DNA from: Octopus vulgaris
Lineage: Eukaryota
Length of the DNA stretch: 64,000 bases
Assembly: GCA_951406725.2 (NCBI GenBank)
Contig: OX597820.1
Coordinates: 127,038,001-127,102,000, forward strand
Direction of reading: 5' to 3'
The notes beneath the pieces were generated by a model. The model did not search any database. It saw only the letters and a list, made by a program, of their open reading frames with translations, and had not been told where the DNA came from. How positions within the stretch are numbered: the first letter of the stretch is position 1; each line of letters opens with the position of its first letter. This document shows positions 54,376 to 64,000 of the stretch, piece by piece. The translations under genes and the position numbers were made by a program.

Positions 54376-57300
54376 TGTTTTATTTTCAAGTTTGCCATCA
54401 TGGTTTATATCTGCCGGAATAGTTCAATTTTTCATGGTTTCTAACTTTTTAATAATGATATTGTATCACTTTCAGTTATCTAGAGCGTAAAAGGTGGTGA
54501 GCTACCAGAATCGTTAGCACCGCTAGACATTTTGAGTTCAAATTCCATGAAGGTCGACTTTGCCTTTCATCCTTTCGGTGATTGATAGAATAAGTACTAG
54601 TTGAGTCCTGGGGACGATGTAATCGACTAGACCCCTCTCTCACTATTTCAGGCCTTGTGTCTAGTAGGGAAAAAAAATTGGAGTGTAGGCTCTGTATGGC
54701 TGAATAGTTAAGAAGTTCACTTTCTAATCACCAAGTCTCGAGTTCGATTCCACTCTTCGGCAAGAGTCGTTTTTAAAGCCTTGGGTCGACCTATACTTTG
54801 AAATTGGGTAGACTGAAGCTGGGCATTCAAAAGCTGTAAATTCTATTCTGTATATTTTAACACATAAAGCGCAACGGGCCATGATCGTGACCCAGTTAGA
54901 TGCATTTAATTTATGGGCTTTTGTTGGGGTCTGTCACTCAAACGCTCCGATACCCTCCCCCCGCCCAGAATGCAAGAGGACTGAAAAGTCTCAACTAGAG
55001 ACTTTTCAGATGGTGTAAAACTTGCCACCATTATATACTAACAAGATATTCTAACTATTTTTTGTTTTTTTTTGTGTGTGTGCATGGTAGGCTCATTTTC
55101 ATAAAATGTACTCAGCAGTCCATGCTATGTGAGTGCAAATCCCAGCTCTTTATGGATTAAGTATTGCAGATTTTACGAATCTGCAAATAAATTTTTTTCT
55201 TGGTGGTGGGAGGTAACCCCCCTCTCTCCGTAATATTTTAGTGTTGGTTTTCATTTCTTTTTTTTTTTTTTTGTTTTAATTTTCACCTTTTTCTGTAGGA
55301 ATACCGAAAGTCAGTTAGCATGTAGGGTCAAACTAAAGGGTCATATTTGTGTTTAGTTACATGGAAATTATTTTTAAAAAACTGCCGTTCAAACCGAAAA
55401 GATCCAAAGCGTAAAATATATGGCGGTGGGGGTAAAAATCTGCAGAATTGTTTTTGTAAAGAGTGTCTCTAGAGATGTCTGTGTGTTGCAGCCTTAGGAG
55501 AGTTTAAAACATTTTGTTTTTTCAAAGCCGTGTTGTAAAACTGCTTTTCGCGGTCAAAGGGTTATACCGAACTCATTGTCACTATTTTCTCTTTGTCCGT
55601 TTGTACGAGTGTCGTGGCCTATGTTTTGACTTCTTCCTCTCAACAGTAATTTCATTGTTTCATATCTTCAAAAGGACAACTTCTAAAATGTCTCAAATGT
55701 AAATATTTACATTTTCTCATGAACGATCGTTTTGTAACACTGACACAGCTTTGATCTAAAAACACAGTCAGCTCTTTAAGCTCTTGCCTTGTATTATTAA
55801 CAGACATAACAAAGTTCATTCGGGCTAATTATTAAATGAATCTGAATCTGGGTTAACTAAATCTCTTCTTTGTAATTCAGTTTTATTTTTGGTAATATTT
55901 CGATATTGCTGTTGTGTTCGAGAAGAGGTTTTTCGACGACGACTTTGTAATACCGTTGTTTTAGGTCTTTACGGGCTTAACTTTCCAAATAGCTTAATGT
56001 GTTTGTGTGTGTCTCACCGACAGACAACGGGTGTTGGTGTGTTTACGTTCTTGTAACATAGCGGTTCGGCAAAGAAACCGATGGAACTAGTTCCCGGCTT
56101 AAAAAAATAAGTACTGCGGTCGATCCATTCGACTAAAACTTAAGGCAGTGCCCCTGCATAGCCACAGTGCAATAACTGATACCAGTAAAAGAATGTATGT
56201 ATATATATATATATATATATATTGTGCAGCTATACAATGTGCTACACTCACTACGTATTAAAACTACGGCTTACATTAACGAATTCCATACATTATGCCC
56301 CAAATGCGTTTCTCTATCCTCCTCGTCTTCTCTCTGTGTGTAGTGAAATTGTGGTCGTAGGTTAAAACAACAGTTTCTGGCTCTTACTGAGCTATAATGG
56401 TACCAAGAAGAAAATAGTTGCTGGCGTTTTGCCAGTTCCTCTCTCTCTATTGTATTGCACTTGTTTACACCTTGAGTCTTGGTTGTTGTTGTTATTATTA
56501 CTTTTTCTTTAGTTATAATAAATAGGAAAATATCACCCAGAGATAAATTTGACCAGACACAACCAACAATTATTGCCAAGTAATGTTGTTTACATCCATA
56601 GTTTTATATATAATCGTTTCGTCTACATTTTTCTTGTGTTATTTCTTTTTCGCTTATATTTATTAACAAAATAGAAAATGATTTTGTTTTTAAGTGGTTT
56701 TTCTTTTCAATGTGGCGGACTTTTCGCATTCAGGGTTAAAGAGTTTTGTTAATGAGACCAACGCACTGTACTTGTGATATGTCATCAACTGTCAACCCTT
56801 TTTTTTAGGTTTGTCTAATGAAATCAGGGATACTAAGTCTGTGAGCGAGTTCTCGTTGCTTTGAGGCTGTAAAATCTAAAGTTTCGGGACCTTCCCCTTC
56901 CAAAGGGAATAAAGGAAAGAGATTTGAAATGTTGCTTGGACTGAAAGCAATGTTGAACTTAGACTTGGTGAAAGCCTCTCTTAGCCCTGCAGAAATCTCT
57001 GCTAATCTGAAAGAAGGATAATATTTGAAGGAAAAAATCGTTATACCGGATTATATTTTTATTGATTTTTTTTTAAAAAACAGTCATACTGTTTCCTTGT
57101 ATTGTTGTAGCTTTTGAATGATACCACTCCACTGATTAGGCAGGCAGGCCAACATTACCCTTGAATGGAGTGCTAGTCCATCACAGGGTTATCCATTTCC
57201 AGCGGAGTGAACTGGAGCAATGTGAACTAAAGTGTTTCGCTCAAGAGCACAAAGTACCACTGGTCTGGGAATCAAACCATGGGGAGAATCTACATGCTTG

Positions 57301-57988
57301 TCTGTCGATCTCTAATAAAATTTTCTGATTGCGAGTACAACACCCTGACCACTTAGCCATGTGCCTTCACGCATACACACACGCGTTCTTTAATATCGTC
57401 AGTGGTTTAACCAATGTTGATTAAATAAAAGCAAAACTCAAGTGTTTAAGCACAAACACAAACTACAATTTAAAAATTGGTCATGGGTCCACTACTTATG
57501 TGAAGGGCCAAAAATATAAAGTTGAGGGGGGAAAATATAGTGATTGAAAATTAGTGATCAGTAAGCATACTACATTTTCCTTATCATACAAATGTTTCAG
57601 TGGCCTATAAATATTCTGTGTGGCCAACTTCATATATCCTTGAACCCTAACCCATCCTCCAGGATCTCTATGAACTTAAAGCTTCCAGGGCACTTTTTGA
57701 TAGTTTGTATTGGAGAAAAAGTATCAGTGAATAGATTGACTGACTTACTAATATATGTGTGTGTGTATGCTTGTGTGTATATATATATATACTTACATAT
57801 TTACACACATGCGCAATTTGCAGCCGTCCTCTTTCCCTCTCTTTTCAAATTTGTATTAGACATATTTCTGTAAATTCATGTTTTCATCTGAATTTATGTT
57901 TATTGATCTGAACTTCTCCTAAACAAATGTTTTTCATATCTTATTATTTCGTCTGAATGACTGAAGAATTAACAATTTATTGAAAGAC

Positions 57989-58022
<34 letters not shown>

Positions 58023-59048
58023 TCTCCTTCTTCAAAGATTGATGAAAATGTTTTTCTTTGTTTTTGAAACATTGAACTGAGAGAAGGAGAGAGTGAGTAA
58101 AAGTAAAAAATTACATGTATTTAAGTTTATTTTATTGCTTGCTTTATGTTGCTGAGTATCATGTGCACATTGAACTATTAGCTGTGCAGCTGGTTTCAAA
58201 ATGGAATTGCATTTCTTAGGAGAAGCATATAGGGGAGAGATTTTACTTTTGTTCACCTCATATGCATTGGAAAAGATTCTATCCAACCCTGAAAACTACA
58301 AGGACTCCTTCGCACAGTTCCTCAACCTGTAAGAAAAAGCAGCCAGGCCTCCCCCGTCTTAAAAACATGAAGGTCTTATTTGATTATGTAGTCATAAATC
58401 TACTATGCCCGAATAAAAGAATTGGACAGTGATGACTGCAGTGTATGTCTGTTCAGTTAAGTTGACCTGGAGCTAAATATCAGCTACAACAGTGCTTTCA
58501 CATCATATGAATAGCACTTAGGGACTTCCATAGTTTTTATTTTCATCTAAGCAGATTAAGGTTGTCACATTAACCCTTTTGATACAAACTAGCCTGAGAC
58601 TGCCTCTGGTTCTGTGATAGAGATCAAATTAAAACCTTCCTTCAAAATGTTGGTGCAAGATCAGCCATTTCGGAGGAGGTGGGTAAGTTGATTACAACTG
58701 GTACTTATTTTGTCGACCCTGCAAAGATGAAAGGCAAAATTGACCTCAGCAGAATTTGAACTCAGAATGTAATGACAGAGGAAATGCTGCTAAGCATTTT
58801 GCTTGGTTTGGTAATGATTCTGCCAGCTTCCTGTCTTAGTTACCTAATTAATAATGATAGTTATTTTACTGAATTCTTCATCGTTTCAAAAATTATTTGA
58901 AGCAAAAGCAGGGTATTTCAATGGAAATCTAATAACAAATGGTTTAAATTCTCTTTGCATTTGAGATTGTGCAACCTCAATGATGTGATTTCAATCATTG
59001 GCTCTTCAGTTAACACTTTTTGATAGCAACCCACCTGAGATGCCTCTA

Positions 59049-59545
59049 CACTGATCCCTCGTTACTTCACAGTTCAACTATCGTGGATTCACGACTTGGC
59101 GGATTTTTAAAATATATATATGAACGCCTAAAATTTTTCATTAAATCCATTAAAATATTAATAATAGATATTATTTCCAAGTCTAGGAACAACAAAACAA
59201 GTGTAAAATAGCAAAAAAGCATATACAGGAGTATTTGAACTTAAGATGGGTTGTAATTGGTGCAGTGGAGAGAAACGACGAATCACAGCTTTCTATTTTG
59301 TAATCTGGCCTGTGTAACAGTAACAATCTTTATTTTTTTAAATCTAAAATGTTGTTGCTTAACAGTTGTCCTTGTTTTAAATAGACTACTGTAATGGGTG
59401 GGTTGTTAACAGTACAGGGAGGATTTTAAAAGTACAAATACACGTTAAAAAATACTGTAAATATGATGGTGTCCCTACTTCGCGGAAATTCAGTTATCGC
59501 GGCCGGTCTTGGAACCAGTCTACTGCAATAAATGAGGGATCACTG
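59049..59545. mobile_element. pogo/Tigger-like MITE
   Basis: TA|CACTGATCCCTC ... GAGGGATCACTG|TA. Confidence 0.7.
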
Positions 59546-59593
59546 TAGTTCTATAGTGCAAACTTCGTATACCTTACAGCAAAATTTCATACC

Positions 59594-59972
59594 CTTTTAC
59601 TTGTTTCAGTCATTTGACTGTGGCCATGCTGGAGCACCGCCTTTAGTCGAGCAAATCGACCCCAGAACTTATTCTTTGTAAGACTAGTACTTATTCTTTT
59701 TGTTTCTTTTGCTGAACCGCTAAGTAAACACACCAGCATCGGTTGTCAAGCGATGTTGGGGGGACAAACACAGACACACAAACATGTACACACATATATA
59801 TATACATATATACGACAGGCTTCTTTCAGTTTCCGTCTACCAAATCCACTCACAAGGCTTTGGTCGGTCCGAGGCTATAGTAGAAGACATTTGCCCAAGG
59901 TGCCACGCAGTGGGACTGAACCCAGTACTATGTGGTTTGTAATCAAGCTACTTACCACACAGCCACTCCTAC
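59594..59972 (-). mobile_element. Family A SINE, full length
   Basis: Close reverse-complement match to 627-1063. Confidence 0.9.
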
Positions 59973-60249
59973 TCCTACCCATATTTATGTTTCAAACACA
60001 GCTTAACAATGACTAATTCATTTTCCTAAATTCTTTGTTATTTTTAATATTAACTGAAACAAAAGGTAATATGCGGATACAAAAGGATTAAGCAGGATAT
60101 CACACTGAATTATCTGTAATTCTTTTACAGATGAAATAAAAAATTTTACCAAACGCATTTGAGTTGAATCAATAAATATATATAATAAATGAAAATATTT
60201 GTTTCTCAGATTAATTATTATTTAATGATAATAATAATGATATTAATTT

Positions 60250-60470
60250 TTTTATTGGTCACAAGGACTCAAGCATAACAAAATATGTGACCCAGTAGTT
60301 GAGAATGTGCATGCCTGTTTGTCGACCTCTACTAAAAAGTGGGTGGAGCAAAAAGTAGTACTACACATGAAAAACGTGTGGTTTCTTGGCAGCAGTTACT
60401 GTAAGGGAAATAATCACTAATAGATAAGTCTTGTGTTAATCATATAGAACCCCCAAAATGGGCAGTCACC
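60250..60470 (-). mobile_element. LINE-like 3' end; second copy at about 61960-62195
   Basis: Two ~220-bp homologous segments with AATAAA/A-rich end on the minus strand. Confidence 0.6.
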
Positions 60471-61290
60471 CAGAAAGGAATGAGATACTGCCAACTTGCT
60501 AGAATTAAGCTTAAGATGCCTCCTCAACTCTTTAATTCCCTTACATTCTGTTAAATTGAAACATAATATATCTGAAATTGCCCTTGAGTAGCTTTGGTCC
60601 TGGGTTAGACTTGAACCTTCCCACAATCTCTTTGGTAGTTTTTGTTATCTGTTTATATAATGTTGTTGTGGATTTCATCAATTTTATTCTTCTGTTCAAT
60701 ATATTTGGCTACCATTTCCTACTCAAACCATGCAGGATTCATTACGTTCTCCTTCAGATTATTGTTATTGGTTCAGATCTCTGTGACACACTGGATTCCT
60801 TTTCCTCTCCTTCATTTCTTGCCCTCAATGGTTTTTCACCTTTCTCCTGCCTCCATCTCATCATCATCATCGTCACAGCCAGAAGATGAGGTAAAACTGC
60901 TGCTCATAGCTTCTGGCATGCATTGTGCCTGAATAAAGAATTTCTAATGCTTTTGGTTCCCTACCTTGTCAGGTACTGGTAACAATGAAATTGAAAAGAT
61001 CTTGTCCACTTTTATGTTAGCTCTGGCTGTTATTGGAGCTTTGACCTGAATCAATGGGGAAACGGCCATGATTGTCTCCCCCTTTTCATTTTGCTTTTCT
61101 CATCTCTACCCTAGCACTAGGCCAACCAAAGCCTTGGGAGTGAATTTGGTCAACGGAAACTGAAAGACCTTATCTTGATATGTGGTTGTGTGTTTGTTTG
61201 AGTCTTTTTGTTTTGACATTGTGTGATAGTTGTATCATTCATTTCCAATATTCTGTATAAACATGTTCAGCCATAGGGAAATATTTACTA

Positions 61291-61660
61291 CTAGCACTAT
61301 GACCTGGCAATGCCGGGTCATAGTGCTAGTGCATGCATATACAGCTGCATGCATGCGCACATACATGCGGGTACTGTCCAAATCTCTGACCAATCACATA
61401 CAGCTAGCTGGCATTCAATTGGCGTATCAAGTTCCGAGCCTTTTGATTGGGTTTTGGATAGAAAATTCACAAAAAAGTCACTTCTATTGATTTTTTTAAT
61501 GGCTTTGCGGGGTGACTGGGGAAATGTAAAGATGTGCACGACCACCCTTGGACAGTTTTGAATGACTATAGAAAGTGTGAGCCCTCTAACTGAAAAATTG
61601 TGGATTTGTATAAAGGACGCACGCACAACAGACATTTTGCCATTTATATATAGAGAGAGA
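61291..61660 (-). mobile_element. Non-autonomous Helitron
   Basis: Minus strand A|TCTCTC..TATATATAAA start, 3' hairpin and CTAG|T end, no TSD. Confidence 0.75.
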
Positions 61661-63699
61661 TATAGAAACAGGTGAAGACATCCAGTCATAGAAAAATCTG
61701 CCTTATCAAACTTTCTGACTCCTGCATCCATTGAAAAGTGAACATAATGATGATGACATTAAAAAAATCTCTAAGGATCAAATTTCTTTTCCACCTCAGG
61801 TATGGGATGGGCATCAAATATTCCAATCCCTTTGTTAGTGAAAGGAACCAAGGAAAATTTCTTCAAGCAAGTAATCCCACCTTTTAGGCAGAGCTTTGTG
61901 AAACACAATTGTTCATGGCAAATAGTTATAATTTCTTACATATGCACAAAATCAGAAATTTCTTTATTAGCCACAAGACCTCAAACCTAACATAAAACGT
62001 GTTACCCAGTGGTTTTACAAAACATTGGGAGAATGTACCTGCCTGTCTGTTGAACTCTAATAAAAGGTGGGGAGAGCAAAAAGTAGTGCAATACGTTAAA
62101 ACACGTGTGGTTTCCTGGCAGCAGTTACTGTAAGGGAAATTATCACTATTAGATAAGTCTTATATTAATCTCATAGACCCCCAAAAAGGACAGTTGCTTA
62201 ATCCTTTTGATACCAATCTAAGAAAACCCTTGGCTTAATGAGATAAACTTCCTGCTTTAAAGTAAGTTTAAATTGAAACCTTTCATTAAAATTTCCTGTT
62301 AATTTATGCTCCAAGCACCAGCTTAATACTAATGACAGTTATTTTATTAAATTATTATTTTCGCAATTAATCAAAACAAAGACAGATATATGGTAATGGA
62401 ATGGTTCAATCAAACTCAGTTTGGTGCCACATAAAAAGTATTCAGTTCTGTAAAAATTCCTGCTGCCAAAACAGACACAGAAGTCTGGTGCAGGGTTCTG
62501 TCTGGCCAGCTCCTGTCGAATCGTCCAACCCATGCCAGCATGGAAGGAGGACGTTAGAATGATTGACTGTACTTTATTTTATCAACTCCGGAAGGATGAA
62601 AGGTAAAGGTTAACCTTAGAAGGATTTGAGCTCAGAATATGAAAAGATAGAACAAATATTGCAATGTTCAAACTATTTTCTCAATCCACCAGTATTAATG
62701 TAGTTCATGTTATAATGAGAAATTCTTAAACATTTTCAATTTTGTTAATTCTTTTTTCTTTGCTATATCTCAGTTTTAAACATTTTTATTCAGTCTTCAT
62801 ATGCTCATAAGATCTATTTTCTTTCTTTTTTTAAAAAAATTTCGCTCCATGCCAACATCTTGAAGTAGATATTTCACCAGAAATGTTACTGACATTGATA
62901 ATTACATATTGTTTGCAATGGATTGACATTTAGGAAATTTTCTTTCATCTTGCACTTCAGCTTTTCTACTCTTTTGCTTCACCTTTTACTCTGTTGCTGT
63001 TCCGTTGCTTGTTTTTAAACCAATCCAACCCATTCTATTCTAAAATGGCAATCTGGATTTCAAATGATGGGAGGAGAGATGAGTTGTAAAATTGCGTACC
63101 GGTTACACTCAAAGTTTGTGATTCTGTACATTGACTTAAAAAAGTAAATTTTACCAACGATGAGAATTGACACTTGGAATTTATTTAATAAAAATCCATA
63201 TGAAATCAACTGTTTGATATATTCATTTGTCAAGTACTGACTGAAACACTTAGTAACACATTCTATAATCAAGAGTACCCTGTTTTTCTGTGTGTTTTTT
63301 TTTTAATCTAGTCTTCAGATGTGTTCCATCTTTAACACGTTTAACATTCCAATTACTCTGCCTAATTATAATGCTTATTTATTTACATTGTTTTAACTTA
63401 ATCATTCATTATCTTGTGGCTTCAAGATTTCAATGAAGTGATTGCTTATTTTTAGAATGACATTGTAGGATAGGTGTGAGAGGCTGGATGTAATTGGTTT
63501 GAACTTAAAACAAGTAGAATATTTGGGCCAGAAATAGCTGGTTTAAATGCTAAAGGGTTAGTCCCCAGTTTTACTCTGTTTCTATTAATTGCCTTCGTTT
63601 CACTTAATTTTGAAAATCATTAATCTATTAAAATAAATGGTGTTTGGAACATAAATTAACATGAAATTTTGATAGCAGGTATTAATTTAGGTCAGTTTA

Positions 63700-64000
63700 A
63701 AATGGGGAATTGGTATTGTAGAACTGAGGGCATTTTCAGGTAGGTTGAGATCAAACTGGTTGTGAGGCCAACATCCCATCTTGTTGCAGAAATGTCAGGA
63801 AACCAGTTGATCTGTGACATTGGCACATGACAGCATCCATTATAGGGATATGGATGAGTGTTGTGCTTGTCAATGAATTTACAGTTGTATCTACTAACTG
63901 TATCTTTGATCAGATTGATTTCCTTATACACGCATTCCAAGAGGGCTAATGTATTTGTGTTCAACCCAATTGTAGTTAACGATGCAGATGGTTTCAGGTT
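63700..64000 (-). pseudogene. Highly decayed Tc1-like transposase fragment
   Basis: YNGCCHV..INWF resembles DNAPCH..WF; after a frameshift WPHNQFDLNLPEN resembles WPxxSPDLNPIEN. Confidence 0.45.

Noticed and set aside
54981-55009. 12-bp perfect inverted repeat CTGAAAAGTCTC/GAGACTTTTCAG
   Set aside because: Short, isolated, no supporting context
56452-56472. TATTGCACTTGT matching the 5' end of miR-92
   Set aside because: Match stops after 12 nt and no complementary arm is nearby
60470-60930. Protein-like minus-strand frames upstream of the LINE-like tail
   Set aside because: Multiple stops and frameshifts with no identifiable domain

Overview
Eukaryotic, AT-rich, repeat-dominated DNA whose SINE families and (TA)n/(CA)n/(CAT)n load strongly suggest an Octopus (coleoid cephalopod) genome; this is recognised from memory, not from a database search. 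No intact protein-coding gene can be demonstrated and almost all ORF-track entries are microsatellite or SINE artefacts. Supported content: many copies of four SINE families (two tRNA/CORE types, a tRNA/Meta-domain type with a LINE-like tail, and a (GAT)n-tailed type with structured 60-nt subrepeats), Merlin-like MITEs with verified 8-bp TSDs, hAT, Tc1/mariner, pogo and piggyBac-like MITEs, non-autonomous Helitrons, L1/Tx1-like 3' ends, decayed mariner and Tc1 transposases, and many Penelope-like (PLE) remnants sitting in microsatellites. A probable non-coding first exon of a + strand gene ends at 37736; tentative minus-strand exons lie to the left. Most notable: several minimal type I hammerhead ribozyme folds in PLE remnants, often as inverted pairs, with at least three unrelated families carrying a non-canonical CCGACGA core in place of CUGANGA, while a sister copy of one family has canonical CUGAUGA. 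Repeat boundaries without TSD support are approximate.
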